Positions 39,221 through 52,396 of a stretch of DNA of 64,000 bases are shown piece by piece. Each line of letters starts with the position of its first letter. The stretch's first letter is position 1. This DNA is from Hemiscyllium ocellatum. Lineage: Eukaryota. Where the stretch lies: NCBI RefSeq assembly GCF_020745735.1, contig NC_083437.1:28520001-28584000 (forward strand), given 5' to 3'. The position numbers were made by a program, and so were the translations under genes. Below the pieces are notes generated by a model. The model was not told the DNA's origin. It saw only the letters and a list, made by a program, of their open reading frames with translations, and ran no database searches.

Positions 39221-39810
39221 GTGCGTATATGATTTAGTTAGAGCAATTCAACCCAGAGTGTTTTAACACTTGGAATAAAACGATCGTCAGGTTTGATAGG
39301 TGGGTTTGCAATGGTAACATTATCACACCTTATCCAAAAGTCATGGGGCTAAGTCCCACACTAAAGACTTTATAATCTTGGATGAGATTCCGGAGAGCTC
39401 TGCGGGCATGCCATATTGTCAAAGGGGCCGCCTGTTAGATGAGGTGCCTTCTCAGATGAATCTAAAAACTTTCATGGTATTATTTTGAACGTGATCATGG
39501 GAATTCTGTCCAGTGTCCTGGCTAATATTTATTCCTCAAATGGGATTATTAAAATAAATCATCTGGTTATTATTGCATGCTATTTGTGAGAGCTTGCTGT
39601 AGACAATTTTCGCTGCACTTCACTACACTGCACTTAAATATTACTTTGACTGTAAAGCACTTTGTGAATTCCAATGGACATGAAAAGCACTACAGAAATG
39701 TGAGTGTTCCTCTTCTTGTTTTAACTCATGGATGCCATCCCTTGTGATTCTTCACAAAGTGAACTTGTTATCCCACCTGTGTCTTTTAAGGAAGATTCCA
39801 AGCAAAGACT

Positions 39811-40463
39811 ACATAGAGTCATAGAGATGTACAGCATGGAAACAGACCCTTCGGTCCAACCCGTCCAGGCCGACCAGATATCCCAACCCAATCTAGTCCC
39901 ACCTGCCAGCATCCTGCTCCTATCCCCCAAACCCTTCCTATTCATATACCCATCCAAATGCCTCTTAAATGTTGCAATTGTACCAGCCTCCACCACATCC
40001 TCTGGCAGCTCGTTCCATACACTTACTACCCTCTGCATGAAAAAGTTGCCACTTAGGTCACTTTTATATCTTTCCCCTCTCACCCTAAACCTATGCCCTC
40101 TAGTTCTGGACTCCCCGATCCCAGGGAAAAGACTTTGCCTATTTATCCTATCCATGCTCCTCATAATTTTGTAAACCTCTATAAGGTAACCCCTTAGCCT
40201 CCGAAACTCCAGGGAAAACAGCCACAGCCTGTTCAGCCTCTTTCTCTATAGCTCAAATCCTCCAATCCTGGCAACATCCTTGTAAATCTTTTCTGAACCC
40301 TTTCAAGTTTCACAACATCTTTCCGATAGCAAGGAGACCAGAATTGCATGCAATATCCCAATAATGGCCTAACCAATGTCCTGTACAGACGCAACATGAT
40401 CTCCCAACTCCTGTACTCAATACTCTGACCAATAAAGGAAAGCATATCAAACGCCTTCTTCAC
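39811..40463 (-). mobile_element. Relatively young CR1 (HER1-like) LINE 3' end
   Basis: ORFs KKAFDMLSFIGQSIEYRS...LERVQKRFTRMLPG and TRGHRFRVRG...WNELP, with an (ctatgact)-type tail. Confidence 0.9.
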
Positions 40464-41494
40464 ATGTGGAAGTGAGGCAGAAACTGAGAGTTTGGATAAT
40501 TATTCCTTGTTCTTCTGTTGGGCATTGCTGGAGACAGAAACCCAAACAGCTTAGTTCACTTCATACTCTGAATTCTTACCCGTTGGTTTAACTCTTTGAA
40601 TGGTGGGCTACTTGTAGCTGTCACCTCATTGATGGATAAATTTTGTAATGTCATGGTTAGAGAGGGTGTGTTCATGAGAGCACTGTTTTCCCACTATGTC
40701 CAGTGACTGTTATAACAGGATCACACATTATTGCAGTATTCTATCCTTTGTAATGCCCTTTTCCCACAATTACTTAGAATTCCATCATATTTATTGCATA
40801 AAACCGTACATTTGGTCCAACTGCTCCATGCCAGTATTTATGCTACACGTGAATCTCCCCTAATCCTTTTTTATCTCATCAAATCAACATATGCTTATAT
40901 TATTTTTTTTCTTGGCTAAATTCATTCCTGCTGTCTTGGTTTTAGCAGGCCATATAATATTTACCCTCAGCAGTCCACAGAGTAGTATCACTGAGTTAAA
41001 GTGTGACTTCTGTCAAATTTTTTTATTGCAAAAATATCCCTTAAATTGTCGATAAGAACATAAGTTCTCAAGCCATTCTGTACAATCTTTGTCAAGAGTT
41101 AATAAAGACATAAACACAAGTCCAAAGATGTGCAAGTTAGGTGGATTAGCCATGCTAAATTGCCCATAGTGTCCAGGGATGTGTAGGTTAGCTGGATTAG
41201 CCATGATTATTGCAGGGTTATGGGGACAGGGTAGGGGGCTAGATCTGGATGGGATGCTCATCAGGGCATCAGTGCAGACTGCCTCTTTCCGTGCTGTGAG
41301 GAATTCTGTCAAAGACACTTGAAGTTCTCCATCTTACAGAGCTACCATACAGTTGTAATATCATAAAGACATTTGTAACTCATACAGGAAAAATACTTAC
41401 ATAAGTTTGGAGGCAACAGGGGTTCTGAGAACTGAAAATGCAGCATACGTCAGAAAGATGGTGGTTCCCCTCACGAATTCCTACTCAAAGATCA

Positions 41495-41710
41495 TGAGTT
41501 GGAGATGCTGGTTTTGGACAAGGGTGTACAAAGTTAAAAATCACACAACATCAGGTTATAGTCCAACAGGTTTATTTGGAAGTACTAGCTTTCGGAGCGC
41601 CGCTCCTATCACCGCCTGATGAAGGAGCAGCGCTCCGAAAGTTAGTGCTTCCAATTAAACCTGTTGGACTATAACCTGGTGTTGTGTGATTTTTTAACTT
41701 TGTATGCCCA
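41495..41710. mobile_element. Palindromic Penelope-derived element (second family)
   Basis: 41526-41606 is the reverse complement of 41623-41704. CTGATGA-A-GGAGC-AGC-GCTCC-GAAA at 41616-41640. Confidence 0.75.
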
Positions 41711-41784
41711 AAGGTCATCATCCTAACTTCATTTTCAACAGGAAGAGGCACACTTTTTCTTTCATGTGTCATGGCTAGATTCAA

Positions 41785-42660
41785 ATAGATGACACAAAAA
41801 TTGGTGATGTTGTGAATAGCAAGTAGGATGTTCTCAGGCTACTGTCTGGCATTAACCAGCTAGTAAATTGGGAAGAATAATGGCAGATGGAATTTAATCC
41901 TGATTAAATTTGAGATAAGTACTGAGAGGTCAAATAAGGGAAGGATATACACAAATTGAGGGTAGGGGATTACTGCGGAACACAGGGACCTTGATGTACA
42001 ATTCCGTAGGTGTCAGCACAGGTAGATAGGTCGTCTTCACTACCCTATGAGATGCTTGCCTTATTAGCTGGGGTGTAGGATTTGGGAGGAAGGAAACCTT
42101 GTTACAACTTCACTATATACATTTAGGCCACAGATGGAATATTGTGTGCAATTCCGGGCACCACACTATCGAATTACATGATTGCACTGGGAAAGGTGCA
42201 AAGTAGATACATCAGGGTGTGGTCTGGGATGGAAAGTCTCAGCTATGAGGAAAGACTGGATAGACTGGTTTTGTTTTCCCTGGGGCAGAGGAGGTTGAGG
42301 GTTTGGGGGAGGGGGGATCTGACTGCGGTTAACAAAATTATGAGAGGCATAGATTAGATTGTGAGAATCTGCTGTCCATGGCAGACGTGGCATAATTTTA
42401 AGATGAGGAGTAAGTGGTTTAGAGGAGATTGGAGGAAAGTTATTTTCACCCAGACCGTGGTAGATGTATGGAACGTGTTGTCTGAGGGGATAGTGTAGGC
42501 AAGTACTCTTGCAGCATTAAATAAGATTCTGAATCAGTACTTAAAATCCTAGGGAATAGTAGGCTGTGGACCAAGTGCAGGGAAATGGGATTAATGTAGT
42601 TTGGTGTTTTTTGGTCACGATTGACATGATGTACCAAAGGACCTGTTTCTTAACTGTTTG
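41785..42660 (+). mobile_element. Degenerate CR1 LINE 3' region
   Basis: DDTKIG, WQMEFN and LSYEERLDRL remnants. Confidence 0.75.
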
Positions 42661-43095
42661 ATTTTCAGAGGGTCCAAGGACAAAAAAAAACTCATGTTTC
42701 TAGTTGAATGCTGCCCTGCAACTTTCCTTAAAGCATTGCAAAGCATAGAATGTATCTCTTACATTGCTTAAAGGGGACTTGAAGGCCTTAAATATCTGAA
42801 AGGTAATTAAACATTATTGGAAAATTATGGATGTTGGAAATCTGAAACCAGAAAAGAAAATGCTCTTGCAGCATCTGTGGAGAGAGTCAAAGATGTCAGC
42901 CTGTGCTGTTTCCTCACAAAGTGTTATCATGTTACTTATGTTTGCTATTATATCTAAGTGTAATTTAATGAGGTGCAAACTATGGGTGATCACAATGGTT
43001 TTTCCCAAAACAAAGCTTTTAATATGCTCCAAGTAGCAACTTTGAAAATGTTGTGAATATGTTTGGTTAATGCTTAGTGCTTTCAATCCACCGTA

Positions 43096-43406
43096 GGCGG
43101 CACGGTGGCACAGTGGTTAGCACTGCTGCCTCACAGCGCCTGAGACCTGGGTTCAATTCCTGACTCAGGTGACTGACTGTGTGGAGTTTGCATGTTCTCC
43201 CCGTGTCTGCGTGGGTTTCCTCCGGGTGCTCCAGTTTCCTCCCACAGTCCAAAGATGTGCGGGTTAGGTGAATTGGCCATGATAAATTGCCTGTAGTGTT
43301 AGGTAAGGGGTAAATGTAGGGGTATGGGTGGGTTGCGCTTCGGCGGGTCGGTGTGGACTTGTTGGGCCGAAGGGCCTATTTCCACACTGTAAGTAATCTA
43401 ATCTAA
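43096..43406 (+). mobile_element. Full-length HE1-type tRNA-derived V-SINE
   Basis: Pol III A box (TGGCACAGTGG) and B box (GGTTCAATTCC), V-domain, CR1-like tail and (aatct)n end. Confidence 0.9.
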
Positions 43407-44607
43407 TAAGTGGCTTTAAGTGTGTATAAAATGATGGAGATTGTAGTGACTAATTACAAGTAACAAACCTTATCTTTGTGGAGTAATTACATCAATTGCC
43501 AAAATGGCCATCAACACGTGTTGCAGTCAGGGCCAATGTCATCACCGTACAGCCGCCTTCTCTAGGATGTGCTTGTCTATGTGGATCTCTTGACAATCTG
43601 TTTCTTTAAAAAAACTGCCATATCCAATGGCACAGACATGTCAGTATGTTTCTCCAAGATGTTTGGACATCTATGGTTTCTAAGCTTTACTTGCAAAGTT
43701 CTAAATTTTCTATTGAAATGCCAAGTAACACTCATTCCAACTAATGACCATTTCCAACATGAGAGAATCTAACCATCACTCTTTAACATTTAATGCTATC
43801 ACTGAATCTCCCACTGTCAACAACATGGGGTTACCATTGCACAGAACGTAAAATGGACTAGTCATATACATTTGTTTACAACAGTGGATCAGAGGTTAGG
43901 AATTCTGCAGTGAGTAACTCGCCTGAATCCCCAAAGCCTGTCCAACATCTTCAGAGCTCAAGTCAGGAGTGTGTTGGAACACGGCCCATTCAAGAAACTT
44001 GATTTCATTCAGGACAGAGCTGCCTACTGATAGGCACCACATCCTCAAATATTCACTCCCATCTACCACTGACACTCAGTATCAGCAATATGTACCATTC
44101 TCAAGATGCACGGCAGAAGTTCACTAAAACTCCTTAGCTAGCAGCTTCCAAACCCACAATCGCTATCATCTAGAAGGGCATTGATACTTGGGAATACCAC
44201 CACCCGCAAGTTCCACTCTAAGCCACTCACTTTTCTGACTTGGAAATAAATCGCCATTGCTTCAGTGTTGCTATGTCAAAATTCTGGAACTCCCCAAAGA
44301 TACATTGGGGAGCAGCTTTCCACCATTTTCACAAGAGTAGTCAGGGCAGGGCAATAAATGTTGGCACAGCCACTGATACCTGCTTTCCATAAGTGAATTT
44401 AAAAACAAGTTTTTAATGAGTGCTGAGCAGGTGATCTTGATTCTGTCTTGCTCTCAACTGGAAAATGGAATTAGAATAATTAGGTGCATATTTTTGATTG
44501 ACACAGACTTGGTGGGCTGAAGGGCCTTTTCCTGTGCTGTAAATGTCTATGATTTTGTGCCATCTTTGTTCCAGGAAACTGCTATTTCACTGGTCTGCAT
44601 GCTGTCA

Positions 44608-44626
44608 CTGCACCACCTAGTGGTGG
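44608..44626 (-). promoter_or_regulatory. Candidate CTCF site
   Basis: Minus strand reads CCACCACTAGGTGGTGCAG, close to the CTCF core CCACYAGRKGGCRS. Motif match only. Confidence 0.45.
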
Positions 44627-44734
44627 CATTCTCAATAAATGCAGCCCTATCTGTGACCCTTAGAGTTCCATGGTCTCTATTCCGCTCAGGATAAGGTCTC
44701 CTTATCTGGCGAAGGAGGGTCGGCAATAAAAGTT

Positions 44735-45165
44735 TACCAGAGTGGCTCCTGGATTGGCAGGGCTGACATATGAAGAGAGATTAGATTAGTTAGGACTATA
44801 TACACTGGAGTTTAGAAGTTTGAGGGAGGGGGATTCTCATAGAAACCTGTAAAATGCTAACTTGTCTAACCAGTAAACACAGGAAGGATATTCCTGATGG
44901 CCAGGGAGTCCAGAACCAAGGGTCTTCATCTAAAAATATGGGAGAGGCCATTTAGGACAGAGATGAGAAATTTCTTCACCTAGAGAGTGGCGAACCTTTT
45001 GAAAGTTTTTAAGAAGGTAGAAATAGCTCATTGGACTAAAAGGATTAAATGGTATGTGGAGAAAGTATAAACAGGATACTGAACTGGATGATTAACCATG
45101 ATCATGTTGAATGGCAGAGCAATTTCAAAGGCTGAATGGCTACTCCTTCTATGTTCTGTGTTTCT
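44735..45165 (+). mobile_element. Degenerate CR1 LINE 3' end
   Basis: YEERL..LGLY.LEFR remnants and a typical tail. Confidence 0.7.
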
Positions 45166-45325
45166 GAGAACAAAGCCTCCTGGATTAAGGATGCAATGTT
45201 GATACCACCTGAATCATAAGGGGGAAGGGTCATAAAAGATTATGGAGGGACATGAGGTCATATGCGTCTGATTCAATTGTTAGATTTATTCTGTGAACTC
45301 ATTCTCATTTTTTGTGTTCTTTCAG

Positions 45326-45646
45326 GTGCCCATGGCCACAACAAGTAGAAAGCAGGAGAAGCTGCTGCAGGCAGTACCAACTAAAGTTGCTGTCTCCGAC
45401 AGCAGTGCTGACCACACTTATGCTGCCACCAACCTGGGCATGATGAAGAAGAGGCTGTTTACTGCCCTGGAGAAGAATGAGAAGCTAAGGAAACGGCTGA
45501 AAGTGAAGCAGGAGGAGATGAGGAGAATGATGAAGAAGTGGCAGGCGGTCAAGGACGAACTAGAGGATCTGAGAGCCAAGAGTCTGTTGACAGCCAGTGG
45601 ACTGAACCTTGCAGGCATAGCCCAACTACAACGCTGTATGAATTAA
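45326..45646 (+). CDS. THAP3: THAP3 last coding exon: HCF-1-binding motif and coiled coil
   Basis: ttcag|GTG acceptor. DHTY fits the D/EHxY motif, and KKRLFTALEKNEKLRKRL matches the THAP3 coiled coil. Ends in TAA. Small exons between 39220 and 45326 may have been missed. Confidence 0.92.
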   Translation: MPMATTSRKQEKLLQAVPTKVAVSDSSADHTYAATNLGMMKKRLFTALEKNEKLRKRLKVKQEEMRRMMKKWQAVKDELEDLRAKSLLTASGLNLAGIAQLQRCMN

Positions 45647-47503
45647 ATCGCTGATTATTTGGAGGACAATAAGGAGACAACCTGCAGACTCTCTGCATAG
45701 TCCATAAGGCAAAACTGACTGTTTCAACATTTGATGCAAACAAACTGCAGCTAATTGAGTTTGAACAGTTTAAAGAAGGAAGTACACACAGTCGCCATTG
45801 ATATAAAATTGATGACAGGGATGTAAATCAAACAGGTCACACTACACCTTGTCTCTCCTCCCTCTGGTTGTGATCTGCTGTTCTATCCTCTTGATCCCTG
45901 GAAGGTTCTCAGCATCTGAGTTGAAAGGAATTCTAGCCATTGACTGTCACAGTCCATCATAGGTCAGGGAGAGTACCATGATGGTAGACAGCTTGGACTT
46001 CACTTTGTGTCATAGGAAGCCTTGATATTCAATTGCTGCTGTGCTGGTGTACCTGAAGTCCGGTTTACCTTCTTATGTGTGAGATGCCTTGATACTCAAA
46101 CAATGAATTCCTTTACTAACCTTCTGTAATCATCTCCTAGTTTAAGACATGCTTAACTCTTGTCTTGTTAATGTATTGCAGCAAATCCCTCAGATGCCAA
46201 TCTTGAGCAGTGAGGCTATCTGTACTTTGTACATCAATTCAGGTTACAGATCCCAGGCAGTTTAGATGGGCCTGTGCTTTTATAATTATTGCCTCCCATA
46301 CTGCTGCTGGTATCAGTCATGGTGGAACACTGTTTAGATGCTTTTAGCGGCTTTCGAACTAAACCACGTGAAGAATATGTTATCTGTGTAAATGCTGCTG
46401 ATGGGTCAGTGGACTACACACTGGTCCTTCTGTCTCTAAGAGCCCAGAATACGAGGATGAAATAACCCTCTGCCTGCAAGTTGTTAAGATTGCTGTACCC
46501 TACAGTCAGCCCACCTTGCTCAGGGGTCTGCAGCATAAAACTATTCCTAATAAAGCCCTAGCTCATACTGAACTAGTACATTTACTTTGAGAGGTCGAAG
46601 CATGGCAGTTGTGTGAAACATATCACCCTGGCACATCAAAGGTATCTACCAGGAGCTTAACTCTGCACTTACCCAGTGCATCAGCAGTTTGACTCTGCAT
46701 ATAACCTGCCACATACCTAACCTGGCAATATTTCGTACCCACCCTGACTCTGGATGCAAAAAATGAAAAACTGTGTTTGATTTCCTGATACCCCAAGCAT
46801 CCCTTGCACCAATTTCAAAAAGTGACACCTAAAAATAAGAATTAACAAGGAAAACAGTTAAACTGAAATGAACAAATGCAGTATCTGCCATGACCTGAGT
46901 GAAAACAGGTTGTGGGTTTGATTCTTACCTGGCCTGAGCTTGGGGTGGCCTCATTATCTGTGAGGGGTGCAACTATCGACCACTATCCTGCTTCTCCTGC
47001 TTGAAAATGGATGACTGTCAGTATCAGCATGATTTTGCAGTGTGCTGGTATTTGCAGTTCGGGCAGAGGAATCACACTTACCTTGAGCTGGCACCTTCAA
47101 GAAATGTAGGGAAAAGAATGGAAAACAAAATAAAACTGAACAAATACCACAAGAACTTTTGAGGCTGTTATGGTTAATCTTCTGGCATAGCTGAATTACA
47201 TCCTTCTTGTTTCTGCCTGAAGTTAGGGATCTCTTCCTAGTGAATATTTTTATTGACTCATTCACGAGATGTGGGCATTGCTGGCTTAGCCAGCATTTAT
47301 TATCCCTGTGAGTTGGAAGAAAGAGGTGTGCTGAGGGTCAGTAGGCGTTCCACATTCCACCCCAACACCACTGCCAAACTCAACAGGTCAATTTTGAGGG
47401 TAGCCCAGGCACCAGAAGCAGTTGGGTGGGTGAATACGATCATGGGTTTGTTGACAAGTATTTATGTAATTCTCTTTTAAGTGTTAATACTGAATCAGAT
47501 TCC

Positions 47504-48418
47504 AGTTAAAAATCACACAACACCAGGTTATAGTCCAACAGGTTTAATTGGAAGCACACTAGCTTTCGGAGCGACGCTCCTTCATCAGGTGATTGTGGAG
47601 GGCTCAATCGTAACACAGAATTTATAGCAAAAATTTGCAGTGTGATGTAACTGAAATTATACATTGAAAAATTGATTGTTAAGTCTTTCATCTGTTAGAA
47701 TACAGTGATAGTTTCACTTCTTTCATGTGTAAATCACAAAACCCTTCTTTTTAAAGTTGCATTCTCAGGTTAGCTGCTAACAATGGTGATAGCTAGACAA
47801 TATGTTGAAGGTGTTAGCCCCCTGTGTTCTCTGTCTATGACCTGATGTTTAGATTGATTCTAATCTAATAAGTGAGATAACAGTGTTTTACATAAATTCC
47901 TGCAGTTTTTGAGCTCAGAGTTCTACATGAATATATGCAGTTTTTGAGCAGAGTGCAATGTAACTCTGCAATATAAATTCACCCCACAAAATATATGTGT
48001 GCATGTGGGTCTTTGTCTGTCTGGGGTGGGGGTTGTGAGTGTGAGAAAGTGTGTGTGTGTGTGTGTGTTGTAGTGGGTGCAGTGTGTCTTAAGTCTGTGA
48101 GGGGGTGCATGTGTGAGTGTGGGACTGTGTGTATAAGGGTATGTGTGGGTGTCTGTGTGCGGGTCTGTATGTACGTGTGTGTGTGTAGTGCAATGGTGAT
48201 CACCTGTAATGTGACATGAACCCAAGGTTTCAGTTATATCACACTGTAAATTTTTGCTATAAATTCTGTGTTACGATCGAGCCCTCCACTATCACCTGAT
48301 GAAGGAGCATCGTTCCGAAAGCTAGTGTGCTTCCAATTAAACCTGTTGGACTATAACCTGGTGTTGTGTGATTTTTAACTGTGTACACCCCAGTCCAACA
48401 CCGGCATCTCCAAATCAC
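47504..48418. mobile_element. Penelope-derived element with ~150-bp inverted termini and internal TG-rich tract
   Basis: About 47504-47657 is the reverse complement of about 48228-48381. Hammerhead-like cores at 47564-47588 (-) and 48296-48320 (+). TG-rich from 47995 to 48190. Confidence 0.8.
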
Positions 48419-49619
48419 AAATCAGTTTCCATCACCCTTTCAGGCCACGTACCTGTATTCCAGTTCACAAAAATGCCCCTCTTCTTTTCCCCAGTGAAAA
48501 CTGTATCTCCTTATTTACACAATGGAAACGCTTCATAATTTTTGGCCGTTAGCAAATATCTGCTCAACCTTTCTGCTTTGAGAAGAAAAATCCCAGCTTC
48601 CTCAGTCTCTCCATGTAATTGAAGACTTCCCATCCAAGTAAATCTCTCATATCCTTTCCTAATGTACAGTCCAGTGCTGTACAGATAAAATGCAGCACCA
48701 TTATAATCTCTGACATATCCACAGCTCACTATATACAAATTAGAAGCAAGATTAGGCCACTCACCCCCTTGAGCCTACTCCACAGTCAATTGTGACCTCT
48801 CTCTATTTCCCTGCTGACCTTTCAACTCCTTTATTAGTCAAGAATGTATCTCTGTCTTAAAAATATTAATTGACCCCACCTCTACTGCTGTCCTCTCTCT
48901 ACATTCGATTTGCGTTTGTATTCACTTGCTGCACCTGCTGAATTATGTTTTGTGATTAATGGACCAGGGCACACATTACCAGTTCAGAATTCTGCAGTCT
49001 GCTCTGTTTAATGTGCTGCTTTCCTTCTTGCCAAAGGAAATCAGTCATCCACCATTATTCTTGGATGTAACAACAGTTAAATGCAAAAAAAAAAGATGTT
49101 TTGTTTGGGGAATGATCCCTTTCCAGAAAACCTGTGTGGTTGATGTTTGCAGAGAGCTGTGTTAAGTTGAGCAATGAATTCACTCCATGGGATATGAAGG
49201 CCAAATCAGCAACTACAATAGGAATCAAACCCACTCCTGCTGACAGCTACCAAAAGCTTTGCAAGGAGGTGGGGATTAATTGGATAACTCTTTCAAAGAG
49301 CTCCCACAGGCATGTTGGCTGAATGGTCTGCCCTGTTTGCTTCAATAAATTATTCACTGGCAGACTTGTGATTAAATCTTCAATCACTGCAGTCAACCTG
49401 TATCTAGTCTTTGTGAATAATTCAATTCCAAATGAAGTTAGTCATTTTTTGTGTTGACAGAGTGAGCCAGTATAAATATGAATCAGTGAAAGTTTTGAGG
49501 ACTTGGTTAATTTTGGCTATTCTCCACGCGAGGGAACTGCTATCCTGTTGCAACATCAAGTGAACAGCAGATGGTGCTCAATCATTTTCTTTAAAGTAGG
49601 CTATCATTTCATGGTAGTC

Positions 49620-49810
49620 ATGATTTAGAGATGCCGGTGTTGGACTGGGGTGTACAAAATTAAAACTCACACAACACCAGGTTATAGTCCAACAGGTTTA
49701 ATTGAAAGCACACTAACTTTCGGAGTGCCGCTCAGGTGGTTGTATCCAAAAGCTAGTGCTTCCCGTTAAACCTGTTGGACTATAACCTGGTGTTGTGTTA
49801 TTTTTAACAT
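49620..49810. mobile_element. Palindromic Penelope-derived element (second family)
   Basis: Same arms as 41495. Confidence 0.75.
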
Positions 49811-49979
49811 CATTTCATGGAACATAAACTTTTCAGAAGCGGGATCAGTTTCTCGTTATCTATTTAGTCAATATCCCCTCATGATTTTGAATATTTAGGC
49901 CTAGGACACTACTTAGGAACTCATGCATCATTTGCCAAGGCCTGAGATGATTGATGTTCAACAACCATGATTCCTTTGG

Positions 49980-50065
49980 ATTAGAGGTGTTGGAAAAGCA
50001 CAGCAGTTCAGGCAGCATCGAGGAGCACTAAAATTGACGTTTCGGGCAAAAGCCCTTCATCAGGA
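49980..50065 (-). mobile_element. Short Penelope-derived element
   Basis: Minus strand reads CTGATGA-A-GGGC-TTTT-GCCC-GAAA-CGTC. Confidence 0.7.
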
Positions 50066-50877
50066 CCTCCTTCATGCAAAGAATGACTTCAACCAGTGGA
50101 GATTATTGTTACTGCTGTGCAAACTTCAGGCTTGTGCACAGCTTCCAGAATCTGAAATCAGACCGGGTCTGCACACAGATCAGTGTGGGCTGTACATCTC
50201 CAAGGAAATGCTGGTGAAGAGTTTCATCTTCACTGATTCTCAGCAAACTGGATTTTACGAGGGTTCCTTGTTGACACACTTTGTCAAATGCTGCTTTGCT
50301 CCCCAGGGCAATCACCTTCACCACTGAAGCTACTTTTGGTGAAGATTAAGTCACAGAATCTCAATAGTTACAGCACAAAATGAGGCCATTAGGCCCATCG
50401 TACCTGCACCAGTTCTGTAACGTGCCTTTGCTCCATATCATTTGCATATCATTTTTACCTAAATAACTACCCAATGCCCTGATGAATCCTCAGTTGAATT
50501 TGCCTCCACCACACTTATATTCCATACTCTGAAAAAGTTTTTTTCTCACATCACATTTGCTTTGCACAACATTTCAAATTGAAGCCCTCTCATTCTTTCT
50601 TCTATGAGGGTAAAGAACTTCTCCCTTATCTGCTCTATCCAGCCCGCTCATGATTTTGAAAACCTCTCAAATCTCAAGTCAGCCACCTTCTCTGCCAGGG
50701 AGAACAGTCCCAACTTCTTTAATTATAGCTGAAGTTGCTCATCCCTGGAGACATTCTTATAAGTTGCTTCTATGTTCTCTCTGATACCTTCACATTTTTC
50801 CTATAATGTCACACCCACAACTGTACGCAATAGTCCAACTGAGTTCTAACAAGTGTCTTATACAAGTTCAGCATCAT

Positions 50878-51117
50878 CTAGAAAATTTGGCATGATGGCA
50901 AATACCCTTGCCACCTTTTATAGGTGCGCCATCGAGAGCATTCTGTCTGGATGTGTCACTACCTGGTATGGTAACTGTAACATTCAAGATCGGAGACGGT
51001 TACAGAGAGTGGTGAACTCGGCCCGGGCAATCACAAAGGCCAACCTCCCATCTATGAATCCATCTACCAGGCCCGCTGTCAAGGAAAGGCCGCCAGCATT
51101 CTCAAAGATTCTCAAAG
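50878..51117 (+). mobile_element. Rex1/Babar-like LINE fragment (left part)
   Basis: FYRCAIESILSGCVTTWYGNC...RRLQRVV is a typical Rex1 RT C-terminus. Continues at 52108. Confidence 0.8.
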
Positions 51118-52107
51118 CAGTTACTAGCGGTGTTCCACAAGGATCTGTTTTGGGACCATTGCTGTTTGTCATTTTTATAAATGACTTGGAGGAGGGGCTT
51201 GAAGGCTGGGTGAGCAAGTTTGCGGATGATACGAAAGTCGGTGGAGTGGTGGACAGCAAAGAAGGATGTGGCAGGTTACAGCGGGATATAGATAAGTTGC
51301 AGAGCTGGGCAGAAAGGTGGCAAATGGAGTTCAATGTAGCTAAGTGTGAAGTCATTCGCTTTGGTAGGAGTAACAAGAAGATGGATTACTGGGCTAATGG
51401 TAGGCTACTTGGTAGTGTGGATGAGCAGAGGGATCTTGGTGTCCATGTACACAGATCTCTGAAAGTTGCCACCCAGGTAAATAGTGCAGTGAAGAAGGCA
51501 TATGGTGTACTGGGCTTTATTGGTAGAGGAATTGAGTTCCGGAGTCCTGAGGTCATGTTGCAGTTGTATAAGACTCTGGTGCGGCCTCATCTGGAGTATT
51601 GTGTGCAGGTTTGGTCGCCGTACTATAGGAAGGATGTGGAGGCACTGGAACGGGTGCAGAGGAGGTTTACCAGGATGTTGCCTGGCATGGTAGGAAGATC
51701 GTATGAGGTAAGGCTGAGGCACTTGGGACTGTTCTCATTGGAGAAAAGAAGGTTTAGGGGAGATTTGATAGAGGTGTACAAGATGATTAGGGGTTTAGAT
51801 AGGGTTGACAGTGAGAACCTTTTTCTGCGTATGGAGTCAGCTGTTACTAAGGGACACAGCTTTAAATTAAGGGGTGGTAGGTATAGGACAGATGTTAGGG
51901 GTAGATTCTTTACTCAGCATGTTGTGAGTTCATGGAATGCCCTGGCAGTATCAGTGGTGGACTCTCCCTCTTTATGATCATTCAAGCGGGCATTGGATAA
52001 GCATATGGAGGTTATTGGGCTAGTGTAGGTTAGGTAGGCTTCGGTCGGCGCAACATCGCAGGCCAAAGGGCCTGTACTGCGCTGTATTTTTCTATGTTCT
52101 ATGTTCT
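51118..52107 (+). mobile_element. Young 5'-truncated CR1 LINE with long open RT frame
   Basis: VTSGVPQGSVLGPLLF...SKFADDTK...WQMEFN...LVRPHLEYC, open to 51977, with a (tctatgt)n tail. Confidence 0.93.
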
Positions 52108-52396
52108 ATCCCATCCTGGCAATGTTTTTCTACAACCTCTACCATCAGGGAGAAGGTACAGAAGCCTGAACACATGCACTAGGCGGTTTCGGAATAGTTT
52201 CTACCTGACTGTTGTTAGAATACCAAATGGACTCAAATAACTTAATATTTGCCCGTAAGTGTTTTTGTTTTTGCCACTGTTTACCTATTATTTACTTATC
52301 TATGCTACTTAACTCTGTGATCTGCCTGGATTGCTCACAAGACAAAGCTTTTCACTGTGCCTCAGTACTCGTGACAATAAATTCAATTCAATTCAA
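52108..52396 (+). mobile_element. Rex1/Babar-like LINE 3' end (right part)
   Basis: HPG...PLPSGRRYRS motif, then gtgacaataaa(ttcaa)n tail. Confidence 0.8.

Noticed and set aside
43096-43170. tRNA gene
   Set aside because: The A/B boxes belong to the head of an HE1-type SINE, and the V-domain and tail follow.
50853-51977. 374-aa ORF as a domesticated RT gene
   Set aside because: It is a junction of two truncated LINEs, lacks the RT N-terminal domains and has no splice or promoter context.
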